Shown here: in pieces, positions 46,322 through 55,407 of the stretch
How positions within the stretch are numbered: the first letter of the stretch is position 1
Layout: the number at the start of each line of letters is the position of its first letter
Assembly (NCBI GenBank): GCA_036557405.1
Contig: DATBHO010000089.1
Location: forward strand, 1,991 to 65,990
Reading direction: 5' to 3'
DNA from: Nitrososphaeraceae archaeon
GTDB lineage: Archaea; Thermoproteota; Nitrososphaeria; Nitrososphaerales; Nitrososphaeraceae
DNA length: 64,000 nucleotides
The notes under the pieces: model-generated
What the model was told of the DNA's origin: nothing
Database searches by the model: none
The model's input: the letters and a program-made list of their open reading frames with translations, nothing else
Program-made: the position numbers and the translations under genes

Positions 46322-46569
46322 AGTGATTCAGGGTTATCGGGATTTTTTTTCAATTCTTCAACTTTGTCTAGACCAAAGAAAGCTCTTTCATATTTTTTTA
46401 ATGCCTTCCTGTGTTCTGGTAATGACATGTCTAAATGCATTTCATTAATGACCATAACTCCATAAGTAGTCCATTCCTTCCAGCACTCCTTGCACGATGG
46501 ATACTTTAATGAGGAAGCGTCCTCAACATCACTTTCATCAAAATTTTTACCGCATTTTAAGCAATTCAT
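46318..46569 (-). CDS. YggX-like Fe(II)-trafficking / oxidative-damage protection protein with N-terminal CxxC pairs
   Basis: The core WKEWTTYGVMVINEMHLDMSLPEHRKALKKYERAFFG resembles YggX (W..W......LINE..L.......R..L). It also has CLKC and CKEC pairs. Confidence 0.5.
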   Translation of the reverse strand: MNCLKCGKNFDESDVEDASSLKYPSCKECWKEWTTYGVMVINEMHLDMSLPEHRKALKKYERAFFGLDKVEELKKNPDNPESL

Positions 46570-46613
46570 TTACTAAGGATGATGAATAACGATATTTTAT
46601 TTAAATGAATCAT

Positions 46614-46835
46614 TCAAATTAGATAGCATGGTGTTTTATAACTATGATACTTCCTAATATGATCCCTCATCAATTCCATACCTTCAAATTTCATATTGCA
46701 CTTTTTACATTCATATATGTTATTATCATGCATAATTTGAAAATGGTTCATCAGATTTTCCAATGTACTAAATTTTTCTCCACAAAAAGTGCAGGTACTT
46801 TTTTTTAATAAACTAAATTTGCGAAAATTGAACAC
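46614..46835 (-). CDS. C2H2 zinc-finger protein with two tandem classical fingers
   Basis: CTFCGEKFSTLENLMNHFQIMH, a 6-aa linker, then YECKKCNMKFEGMELMRDHIRKYH. Both fit C-x2-C-x3-F-x5-L-x2-H-x4-H. Confidence 0.7.
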   Translation of the reverse strand: MFNFRKFSLLKKSTCTFCGEKFSTLENLMNHFQIMHDNNIYECKKCNMKFEGMELMRDHIRKYHSYKTPCYLI

Positions 46836-46971
46836 AATTAAGAGGAGGTTTCTTTAGTATTTATATTATAATCATCTTCGAACAAAGGTCTGAGTAAAAC
46901 TATTGCATGACGCACATGCTCAAAATAATCAAATTATTATTATCCCTTTTATAATATCTTTTAACTCTCTA

Positions 46972-47550
46972 ATGACAAACCCGGATCTCAAATTCTATTC
47001 AAGAAATACAGAACATGTTGCAAGGGATTTGGTAGGTAAGATACTAGTAAGAATGTATGATGATGGAACCGGAGGGGTTCAGCGACTATCAGGATTAATA
47101 TATGAAACTGAAGCATACGGTTCAAAGAATGATCCTGCAAGTCATGCGTATAAAGGTGTAACGAATAGGAACTCAGTAATGTTTGATGGAGTTGGTAAAG
47201 CCTATGTTTATTTTATTTATGGAATGCATCATTGTATGAATGTTACTGCCCATTCTCCAAGTAGTGATGCGGGCGCAGTACTGATTCGATCGTTGATACC
47301 AATCGAGGGAATATACACTATGATGCGGCTCTCTAATATAGAAAGTAAATTAAAATTAACAAATGGACCTGGTAGATTGACAAAGGCACTGGACATAAAC
47401 AGGTCCCACAATGGCCTCAATCTAACTGATATGCGATCTATATTACAAATAGAAAATGGTATAAAGCCCAAAAAATTATCTACGACTACAAGGGTAGGAA
47501 TAAGCAAAGCCAAGCAAAAATATTGGAGATTTCTACTTGCCAAATATTAA
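46972..47550 (+). CDS. mpg: DNA-3-methyladenine glycosylase (MPG/AAG family)
   Basis: VARDLVGKILVR, ETEAY...DPASHAY and YFIYGMHHCMNV. I start it at the internal ATG (MTNPDLKFY), whereas the ORF track begins at 46903. Confidence 0.85.
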   Translation: MTNPDLKFYSRNTEHVARDLVGKILVRMYDDGTGGVQRLSGLIYETEAYGSKNDPASHAYKGVTNRNSVMFDGVGKAYVYFIYGMHHCMNVTAHSPSSDAGAVLIRSLIPIEGIYTMMRLSNIESKLKLTNGPGRLTKALDINRSHNGLNLTDMRSILQIENGIKPKKLSTTTRVGISKAKQKYWRFLLAKY

Positions 47551-47593
47551 TCAGGAAAAAATCTATACTATTTCAGTTACTATTACGCTTTAA

Positions 47594-49333
47594 TTACCAA
47601 TATTTGGCCTTTATTTTCTCGATTACCATTTCGTGTTCGGGACCTTTTCTTCGGGCGTATCTCTCCATTGCGCCTAGAGGAACACCTCCCAGAGTTCTTG
47701 CCAAACCTGCAAAAAAGAAATTCTTTATTGGATTATCACGGCCCACTTTATGCATAAATTTCTGAATTCCGTATTTGAAATTATGTTGCCATGTTTTGTA
47801 CATGACTCCCAACTTGGGAGGATCCATGGTATTTCCAATATCAAAAAATTCCGATTTTTCAAGTAGCCCAATAGGAACAAATGTTAAGGGAGTTGTTGTA
47901 AACCTAGAATCAGGTTGTTCCATTTCCAAAGAATGAATTAGTTCAATAGTTTCCCAGCTGTCTTCAACAGTTTCATCATTGTCTAGTCCCATTATTAGCG
48001 TAAACGCTGGAACCCAATAGTTTTCATTTAATGTCTTTATTCCAGTTTTTACAACCCAATGCCATTCCGATGGCTTAAATGGAGATAATTTCCTATCTGC
48101 ATATTTTCCAATTAGTCTAATACTTCCAGTTTCAAAACCACACTGAATTCCTATCATATTGTCGGGTGAAGCTTTAATTATTTTTGAAATATTGGGTATT
48201 AGCCGCTCGTCAGCGATTGCACCAGCAAGTGTGCCGTGGGTTGGATTGGTGTGTTCTATTCCAGTAGACATTATTCCGGAGAATAATTCTTCTAGGGCTT
48301 CTCTGTTTGGCTGCATGTTCTTGGTTGTTCTTGGATTCAAACCATATACAAAAATATCATCACTGTGTACCCATGCATTCTTTAATCCGCCATATTTCAT
48401 ATTGACTTCTATTTCTTTTACGACTTTCTCGACTGGATAATACCTTAAAGGTCTGAGAGTTACATCACAAAACTTGCAGCCACGTCCACAGCCTCTCATT
48501 ACTTCAATCATTCCATGCATGCTAGGGTTAATTATGGTTGGAATTTCATCAACTGATGGTTCATTCCAATAATGTATAAATCTACCATGATGCGTCTTAT
48601 TGCCTCTTTCAAATTCTTTTATCTCAACTTTGAAAGGATTTTTCTTGAATGGATTTGCAGTTTCAAGCTCATTATTGACTAGTGCATCAAAAAACTTGGC
48701 ACCAGCACCATCAATTTCCGGAGCTATTCCACCCAAATCACCTTCCACGATTCCATATAAACCATATTCTTCAATTTTTGCAGGATCGTAATTGTATTGC
48801 CAAGTTCCGGAAGCACCTGCTATCACTTTTGCTTTGCTTCCATTTTTTTCCTTTGCTCTGTTAATTTTCATATGGAGATCTTTATTATAGAATTCGTCAT
48901 ATGAAATCTGTTTTCTCCCATAAGTAAAAGTCATAGTTACAGGACCCATACCAAGAGGATCCATTTCATACGTCCCTACAACTTCAGTTTCGGGACCAAT
49001 GAATTTTTCTATATAATCTGGATGTGCAACTACTACATCATGCGTGTTATAGCCATCCCTGACTAAGGAAGCTTCTACTTTCCTGAGTCCATAAGGTGCA
49101 TAATTTGCGACTCCATTATGATGTGATATTGGATTACAAATAAAATCAAACAATAATCTTGGGGTAACTTGGTTGCGAAGGATTTTGTATAATAAAGTGT
49201 CATGTGATCTATTTGGATCAATCGCAGGTGCGCAACCAAAAAAAGATGCTAACGATATGCCTCGATATGGAGACATTAAAGTTCGATCTGCAGTAAGAAC
49301 AATCTTTGGATATTTCAAGTGGTCCTTATACAT
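47594..49333 (-). CDS. large radical SAM protein (N-terminal Rossmann/B12-like domain)
   Basis: CGRGCKFC (C-x3-C-x2-C) at about residue 285 of 579. Function unassigned. Confidence 0.8.
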   Translation of the reverse strand: MYKDHLKYPKIVLTADRTLMSPYRGISLASFFGCAPAIDPNRSHDTLLYKILRNQVTPRLLFDFICNPISHHNGVANYAPYGLRKVEASLVRDGYNTHDVVVAHPDYIEKFIGPETEVVGTYEMDPLGMGPVTMTFTYGRKQISYDEFYNKDLHMKINRAKEKNGSKAKVIAGASGTWQYNYDPAKIEEYGLYGIVEGDLGGIAPEIDGAGAKFFDALVNNELETANPFKKNPFKVEIKEFERGNKTHHGRFIHYWNEPSVDEIPTIINPSMHGMIEVMRGCGRGCKFCDVTLRPLRYYPVEKVVKEIEVNMKYGGLKNAWVHSDDIFVYGLNPRTTKNMQPNREALEELFSGIMSTGIEHTNPTHGTLAGAIADERLIPNISKIIKASPDNMIGIQCGFETGSIRLIGKYADRKLSPFKPSEWHWVVKTGIKTLNENYWVPAFTLIMGLDNDETVEDSWETIELIHSLEMEQPDSRFTTTPLTFVPIGLLEKSEFFDIGNTMDPPKLGVMYKTWQHNFKYGIQKFMHKVGRDNPIKNFFFAGLARTLGGVPLGAMERYARRKGPEHEMVIEKIKAKYW

Positions 49334-49389
49334 ACGTTAAAAACGTAGATTTTAAGTTTTCCAAATTACAGAAAATATATTAGAAATTC

Positions 49390-50490
49390 TTACTTTAAAA
49401 TGATTCTGAGAGTATCATTATCTTTCAGTATGTGTTCTAATCCTACCTTTTGGGAACTAAACTTAACGCTGCTACCCCAAACATAAGCGTACTTAAAATC
49501 CTTGACAAAATTTCTGTGAATCTTTAGACAGACATCGCGAATAGTACAATTTTGTTTCATTATAAGAGGCTCATTATCCATTTTATCCCCTCGAGGCTTG
49601 AGGAAAATCCTAATGAAAGTCAATTTTTCATAAATAGACCTTTTCAAATTCTCAACGTTTATTTTGCGATCGGCAGAGATGGGAATAAAACCTTGTATCT
49701 TATAATCAATTTCTGAAATGAAATTACTATCCACCAAGTCGATTTTATTCAGTACCACTAAGGCAGGTACGTAAATCCTGTTACCAGAAACAACGTCTAT
49801 TAATTGTTCAACGGTTAGGTTTGGTTCCCTGATAATTATTCGCCCGTTATTTATACCATGGATCCTGAGCACTTCGCTGATTAAATTATTAGGGATACTA
49901 GACACTTGGTTATGGATCGACAAGCCTCCATGATGTCCCTTTTCTATAGAGACTTTTGGAAATTCCTTGTTAATCCTTATCCCAGCCTCATGAAGTTCTG
50001 TTTCCAACGTCTTTAAAAGCTCTGGTTGGAATACGTCTAACACAATCAGCACCAGATCTGCATTTCTCGCAACTGAGAGGACTCTCCTTCCAAAGCCTTT
50101 ACCCTTAGATGCGCCTTCTACTATTCCCGGAAGATCAAGCACCTGAATTTTAGACCCATTGTACTGCATCATTCCTGGCACAGCAGTTAGCGTAGTAAAT
50201 TGATATGATCCAGTACGCGAGTTGGCATTTGTTAGTGCATTCAGTAACGTTGATTTACCTACGCTAGGAAATCCTACAAGAACAACTGAAGCATCGCCAG
50301 ACTTTCGAACATCGAATCCCTCATTTTCTTTCCCTGAAGAGACATTTCTCCCGTGCTTATTTTCATCTAAATCCCGTCTGAGTTTTGCTATTTTCGCCTT
50401 AAGTATTCCGATATGAAATTCGGTTGATTTGTTTATTTGAGTCCTATGAATCTCATCTTGTAATGCTTTAATTTTTTCAGGAATTCCCAG
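49390..50490 (-). CDS. OBG/DRG-family GTPase with C-terminal TGS domain
   Basis: GFPSVGKSTLLNALT (G1), DLPGIVEGA (G3), LNKIDLV (G4) and a TGS-like C-terminus. The ORF-track start (GTG 50181) would remove the P-loop. The frame is open up to 50517, and I place the start at CTG 50490 (see finding). Confidence 0.8.
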   Translation of the reverse strand: MGIPEKIKALQDEIHRTQINKSTEFHIGILKAKIAKLRRDLDENKHGRNVSSGKENEGFDVRKSGDASVVLVGFPSVGKSTLLNALTNANSRTGSYQFTTLTAVPGMMQYNGSKIQVLDLPGIVEGASKGKGFGRRVLSVARNADLVLIVLDVFQPELLKTLETELHEAGIRINKEFPKVSIEKGHHGGLSIHNQVSSIPNNLISEVLRIHGINNGRIIIREPNLTVEQLIDVVSGNRIYVPALVVLNKIDLVDSNFISEIDYKIQGFIPISADRKINVENLKRSIYEKLTFIRIFLKPRGDKMDNEPLIMKQNCTIRDVCLKIHRNFVKDFKYAYVWGSSVKFSSQKVGLEHILKDNDTLRIILK

Positions 50491-50495
50491 GGTAA

Positions 50496-50503
50496 GACCA
50501 CCT
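50496..50503 (-). promoter_or_regulatory. Shine-Dalgarno-like motif upstream of the putative CTG start of the DRG GTPase
   Basis: The mRNA sense sequence AGGTGGTC is followed by 5 nt and then the CTG. It resembles the complement of the archaeal 16S rRNA 3' end (GGAGGTGATC type). Confidence 0.4.
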
Positions 50504-50618
50504 ATGGTATTTTTCTTTCATTTGATAAATATTTTTGTTCATTGACCATGCTAATATCATTATGAAAAATCTGAAAATTAATTTACTTATTAAATCTGTG
50601 TTATAGAAAATTACGTTT

Positions 50619-51143
50619 CTATTGTTGTAAGGTCTTTTTCCTACCATGAAAAAAGATCACAATTGCTATAGGCGACAGAATTAATCCGACCAGTACATAA
50701 TTAATTGGCGGTATGAGTATGATTCCCATTTGTGGAATAACTAACATGACTTTTCCAATAAAATTATTAGAGTTTATCGGAAAATCAACCCCAGGAATGG
50801 AAACAGTGCTTGAATCGCCTTTTGTTATTATTATCTTCTTGCCATTTTCCGATGTTATTTCAGCAACACGATGCACTATTATTCTATCTTCACCCGCCGG
50901 CTTATTGAATACTATGATGTCGCCCACTTTGGTGCTATTAAACCCGTGCCCATCGCCAATAATTACGAGATCATTTATCTTCAGTGTTGGAAGCATTGTA
51001 TCGCTAGATATTACGAACAATGGCAACGGATTATCTGATTCAATTTTAAAGTAATGGTAAATTGAAATAATTATTAGAATTCCTAAGACAAAAACTACGA
51101 CGTCTTTGATAATAGTTGGAAGACGTGATTTTTCATCTAACAA
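50619..51143 (-). CDS. signal peptidase I (archaeal/Sec11 type)
   Basis: N-terminal TM segment, SSDTMLPTL (catalytic Ser box), GDIIVF and the IIVHRV (His box). C-terminal TM segment. Confidence 0.75.
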   Translation of the reverse strand: MLDEKSRLPTIIKDVVVFVLGILIIISIYHYFKIESDNPLPLFVISSDTMLPTLKINDLVIIGDGHGFNSTKVGDIIVFNKPAGEDRIIVHRVAEITSENGKKIIITKGDSSTVSIPGVDFPINSNNFIGKVMLVIPQMGIILIPPINYVLVGLILSPIAIVIFFHGRKKTLQQ

Positions 51144-51240
51144 TTTATGAAAAATTATTTAAGTAGATCAGATAAATCTTTAGATTTTTATTATTAAGGG
51201 GCAGCTCAGTCTAATGCCTTTTCATCATATTAGATGATTA

Positions 51241-51687
51241 TTAGTTTAACTCTGAATCTTCACCGCTGCCATAATCTTCTTTATTTTTTTGGTATTTAAT
51301 ATAATCGTCAATTGCTGCGTTTGCTTGCAGGTCTGCGTAATAGTTTTCAGTTCTGATGATATGTCTATATTCAACGACATCAAATAATTTTTCAAGGTTG
51401 GAAACTTCCATTGACATGTTTTTTAATTCTATATTTCTGATTTTGTATTTTTTTGACCGTTGATTAACTAACAAATTACTATCTGATTTGATTCGAATCA
51501 TCTTGGTTTGGAAACTGCATATTTGTAACGCTCTCTTTAGAGCAAAATATTCTGCTTGATTATTTGTCTTTATTCCAATGAATTCTCTGTAACTAAATAA
51601 TCTATTCTTTTCCTTAAGGCCAATTATTCCTATCCCTGAAAGCCCGGGATTTCCTCTACTTGAACCATCAATGTAAATCTCGTTCAA
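51241..51687 (-). CDS. rnhA: ribonuclease HI
   Basis: The DEDD catalytic pattern is present: IDGSSRGNPG, NNQAEYFAL, IKSDSNLL, YADLQAN. Confidence 0.8.
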   Translation of the reverse strand: MNEIYIDGSSRGNPGLSGIGIIGLKEKNRLFSYREFIGIKTNNQAEYFALKRALQICSFQTKMIRIKSDSNLLVNQRSKKYKIRNIELKNMSMEVSNLEKLFDVVEYRHIIRTENYYADLQANAAIDDYIKYQKNKEDYGSGEDSELN

Positions 51688-51846
51688 TAAAACTCAATAT
51701 TAATGCCTTAATATAACATTAACAATAGCTACCTGACAATCAAATTTGGCAACGCCATTTTTGAGATCTATTTTTGATGAAATGGACTGGATCTTTTTCA
51801 ATTATATTAAAGTACAATTTTTAAGTTATTGAGTAGGTGGAAATGA

Positions 51847-52401
51847 GTGCCTAAAAGAAGAGTAAAAGAAGACAAACCAAGGAAGAGAATGAGCAAAAAA
51901 CATATCCTAATACCGCCGGTTATCATTGGTGTTGCGACGCTTTCTGGACTTCTGATAATGCATTTCTTTCCGGCTCCCACACCAGTTAGTGTATGCCTCA
52001 GATCACATCACGAGACCTTCAATGTGCACCCAAGGATAGACGTGGATGTTGATGGACAGAAAAAACTATTACCAGATACTCTTGGTAAAACTAAAGATGG
52101 AAAGGAATGCCTTAGAGTTATACATACGGACAGTATAGGGAATGAAGTTCACGTTCAATTTGTTCGTCCAGTGAAATTAACGATGGGTGATTTCATGAAA
52201 ATCTATACTTCTAGTAACAATACAATCCAGGTAGTAGATAATACAACTGGAAAGTACACGTATCAGAATATTAGTTTGGCTGATTATGATGTAGAATATT
52301 CATACTATTCTGGGAACGAGTTTGTTAAAATCAGCAATCTGACAATTTCTCCGCCCCTTAGTGATACATTCCTTGGAAAAATTTCATTAGTCTCCAAATA
52401 G
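51847..52401 (+). CDS. hypothetical membrane-anchored extracytoplasmic protein
   Basis: Basic N-terminus plus one TM segment, then a His/Cys-containing domain (HHETFNVHPRIDVDVDGQ...ECLRVIHTDSIGNEVHVQF...TMGDFM). GTG start. Confidence 0.55.
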   Translation: MPKRRVKEDKPRKRMSKKHILIPPVIIGVATLSGLLIMHFFPAPTPVSVCLRSHHETFNVHPRIDVDVDGQKKLLPDTLGKTKDGKECLRVIHTDSIGNEVHVQFVRPVKLTMGDFMKIYTSSNNTIQVVDNTTGKYTYQNISLADYDVEYSYYSGNEFVKISNLTISPPLSDTFLGKISLVSK

Positions 52402-52433
52402 ACATAAATAGATAGTATCATTTTTGATAAGGA

Positions 52434-53453
52434 TTGAGTAAATCAGCATTAATCATAAAGGGTGATGGAACCGGACCGGAACTAGTCAATGCAATGGTGA
52501 AGGTTTTGGAAGAGTGTAAATCAAAAATTAAGCTAATTCCATGTGAAGCTGGATCGGAATGGTGGACAAAGAATGGGGGCAATTCATATATTTCTGACGA
52601 AGTCTGGCAACTTTTGGAGAAATCTGATGCTTGTTTTAAAGGCCCAACCACAACCATACCCACTTCCAAAGCACCAAGAAGTGTAGCTGTAAGCATTAGG
52701 CAGAAATTTAACCTTTATGCTAATGTTCGTCCGATTAAAACATACAGGAATGCTACACATCAATTAGATTTTATATGTGTAAGAGAGGCAACTGAGGGTC
52801 TCTATTCTGGTATAGAATTTAAGATTGGTGAAGATTCTGCTATTGCTATAAGAAAAATAACTAAGAAAAGCTGTGAGAAAGTTGTAAGGCATGGATTTAA
52901 ACTGGCTGTTGAAAATAACTTCAAGAAAATTTTTGTAATCACTAAGAGGAACATCTTGAAAGAAACTGATGGAATATTTTGGAAATCTGTGCAAGAAATA
53001 CAATCCGAATTCAATGAAATTTTTGTTGAGGAATATTATATAGATAATATGACGCAACAGTTAGTTAAGAATCCTGAACGGTTTAACAAAAGTATATTGC
53101 TAAGTACTAACTTGTTTATGGACATTGTTTCTGAATGTGCTTCTGGGCATGTAGGTTCTATTGGGAACGTTTACTCTGGTAACTACGGAGATGATTATGC
53201 AATGTTCGAACCTGCACACGGAAGTGCGCCAAAATACGCCGGTTCTGATAAAGTAAATCCTGTTGCTACAATACTGTCTGGTGCATTGATGGCCAAGTAC
53301 CTTGGAGAACATGAGATTTGCAATGCAATTTTTACTGCCACTGAAGAAACAATAAATGACGGAAAATGTTTAACTTATGACTTGGGAGGTTCGGCCTCTC
53401 TGAGTAAGATGGCTAATGAGATTGGGAGGAGATCTAAGCAATATTTACCATAA
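52434..53453 (+). CDS. beta-decarboxylating dehydrogenase (isocitrate/homoisocitrate/isopropylmalate dehydrogenase family)
   Basis: GDGTGPE, KGPTTT...RSVAVSIRQKFNLYANVRP, REATEGLYSG and FEPAHGSAPKYAG. Substrate not resolved by eye. TTG start. Confidence 0.85.
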   Translation: MSKSALIIKGDGTGPELVNAMVKVLEECKSKIKLIPCEAGSEWWTKNGGNSYISDEVWQLLEKSDACFKGPTTTIPTSKAPRSVAVSIRQKFNLYANVRPIKTYRNATHQLDFICVREATEGLYSGIEFKIGEDSAIAIRKITKKSCEKVVRHGFKLAVENNFKKIFVITKRNILKETDGIFWKSVQEIQSEFNEIFVEEYYIDNMTQQLVKNPERFNKSILLSTNLFMDIVSECASGHVGSIGNVYSGNYGDDYAMFEPAHGSAPKYAGSDKVNPVATILSGALMAKYLGEHEICNAIFTATEETINDGKCLTYDLGGSASLSKMANEIGRRSKQYLP

Positions 53454-53485
53454 TATGGTAAATAACTATATAGCAATCCATTGAC

Positions 53486-54004
53486 TTATGGACTTAATTC
53501 AAAAATTTGTAGTCTTTCGTAAAATAATTCCTTTTGAGCTACTTTTCTCATAATAAGATTATTTTTCGAATTAAATGCAGCTAATTTTTTAGTGTCGGTA
53601 AGGCTTGAAATCAAAATAAGGATCTTGCCATCATTAGCTAGCTTATCAATTGCAGTCTTAAGAAAATGAATAGAAACTTCAATACCTGTAGGTCCACCGT
53701 CAACACTCTTATCAACACGTATTAACGAATTTGGAATATATGGTGGATTAAATACAATGAGATCAAATTTTATGTTACATAATGCAGAAGCAGCATCACA
53801 ACAGATAACTCTGCTATTCAATGACATCATTAGTAGACGTTTTAATGAACAGAAATCTATATCAGTTCCTACAACGATACTAAAATTCTTTGACAATTCT
53901 CTTAAAATAGTTCCACTACTGGTACCTATCTCCAGTGCGAAATTGCCATGATAATGGCTAACGAAGTGGGCTAAGAAAATAGTATCATCGGATGGATAAT
54001 ACAA
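53486..54004 (-). CDS. HemK/Mtq2-like SAM-dependent methyltransferase (NPPY class)
   Basis: SAM motif LEIGTSSG and catalytic FNPPYIP. 172 aa. Confidence 0.7.
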   Translation of the reverse strand: MYYPSDDTIFLAHFVSHYHGNFALEIGTSSGTILRELSKNFSIVVGTDIDFCSLKRLLMMSLNSRVICCDAASALCNIKFDLIVFNPPYIPNSLIRVDKSVDGGPTGIEVSIHFLKTAIDKLANDGKILILISSLTDTKKLAAFNSKNNLIMRKVAQKELFYERLQIFELSP

Positions 54005-54067
54005 TGCAGATCTAATCTAAACTCAAATTTATAATTGTACGATTTGTTGGAAATAGGAATTTTCTAA

Positions 54068-54784
54068 TTACTTAAGATCATTTAATTTGTTGGAAATTTT
54101 TACGAGACTTTCAACATCCAATTCGTCAATTTTTTTATTGCTAACAGGGATATCTCCTATTAATGATATTACTTTCTTGTTTCTGCGACTAAAAAGATAC
54201 TCTAGACTGTAGATAATATCTTTAGTCATTTTCCTTTTATTCCTCCTTAAGCTCACTACGTTAGAATCGATTTGGGGAGGCGGTAAAAAGGAATCTTTCT
54301 TTACATCAAAAAGTGGTTCTATGTCAAAACAATATTGTGATATTACGGAAACGACAGAGAAGTTTCCATCACCTGGACACGCTATTAGTTTTTGCAAAAA
54401 CTCCTTCTGGACCATTATTATTGCTTCCCTAAATTGACGGAATGAAAGCCACATAACTAACTCTTTTGATCTAGAATAGGGGACGTTGGATAAGAAAAAA
54501 TCAAATTCAAAATGAGATTTTGCAAAAAAATCTTCATTGAAGAGCTTTACGTTTCTTTCGTTTAATAGACAGCTTTTTGCTTTAGAATACAGTTCCTTCT
54601 CAATTTCATAAGAATATACCACCTTAGCAAGCCTTGAAATTTCTTTTGTTAGATAACCATATCCAGTACCGAGTTCTAACACTACATCCGTTTTTGCTAC
54701 ATTACACGATGCTATTATCTTTGAAATGGTACTAAAGTCGACTAAAAAGTGTTGACCGAGATATATCCTTTTGTCATCGTCCAA
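54068..54784 (-). CDS. rsmA: 16S rRNA (adenine-N6,N6)-dimethyltransferase KsgA/Dim1
   Basis: LGQHFLVD, the SAM motif VLELGTGYGYLT, and NVPYS. Confidence 0.85.
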   Translation of the reverse strand: MDDDKRIYLGQHFLVDFSTISKIIASCNVAKTDVVLELGTGYGYLTKEISRLAKVVYSYEIEKELYSKAKSCLLNERNVKLFNEDFFAKSHFEFDFFLSNVPYSRSKELVMWLSFRQFREAIIMVQKEFLQKLIACPGDGNFSVVSVISQYCFDIEPLFDVKKDSFLPPPQIDSNVVSLRRNKRKMTKDIIYSLEYLFSRRNKKVISLIGDIPVSNKKIDELDVESLVKISNKLNDLK

Positions 54785-55379
54785 CGAATAGCGTCATCCT
54801 AGTTTCATTAGTAATTTCTTCAATTATCCTTTTTGTTACTAATTTATGTATATCTTTCAGTCCGATTCTTGACTGTATATCCGAAAATGAGGTAAATTTT
54901 TCTTTTTCTCTATCGTTGATTATGCTCATCATGTATGTTTTTCCTATTCCTGGTATCAGTTCAAGTGAATGAATTCTAGGAGTAATTGGTTGAGCGGTAT
55001 TAATATATGATACAAATCGCTCCTCATTTGCGAGTACTATCTTTTCGACAATAGATGGAAGTTCGTTCTTCGCAGATTGTGAAATAGAGTCGTATTGCAA
55101 TTTCCCAAGTACACTGAGTATCTTGTCTCGCCCCTCCTTCCCAATATACACTCTTTCACCTATTTCAAAATTAACGTTTTGAACACCCAGTAATTCTAAC
55201 AATGTTAGGCGATTTTCACCCATAGCTTGAATGATGATTCCTTCTCTACCCCTTATTGTTCTTGATTTTCCTCTAATAGAAAAATCTAGTACGTAAGCAT
55301 ATTCTTCAAACTTGTGACTATGGACAGTATAATCATGACTAGTATTTCTATGAAAGTTATCTTGATTCGCAGAATCCAA
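54774..55379 (-). CDS. DUF655-family putative RNA-binding protein (OB plus HhH)
   Basis: EEYAYVLDF...IIQAMGENRLTLLELL...IPGIGKT. Conserved position between rpoF and ksgA. Confidence 0.6.
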   Translation of the reverse strand: MDSANQDNFHRNTSHDYTVHSHKFEEYAYVLDFSIRGKSRTIRGREGIIIQAMGENRLTLLELLGVQNVNFEIGERVYIGKEGRDKILSVLGKLQYDSISQSAKNELPSIVEKIVLANEERFVSYINTAQPITPRIHSLELIPGIGKTYMMSIINDREKEKFTSFSDIQSRIGLKDIHKLVTKRIIEEITNETRMTLFVGR

Positions 55380-55407
55380 TTACTTGCATTAATGTATTGC
55401 GTACTTT

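Noticed and set aside
47523-47765. 80-codon plus-strand ORF bridging the mpg 3' end and the radical SAM gene 3' end
   Set aside because: It overlaps the well-supported C-terminus of the radical SAM gene in antisense, and its translation has no motif. The 43-nt convergent spacer leaves no room for a separate gene.
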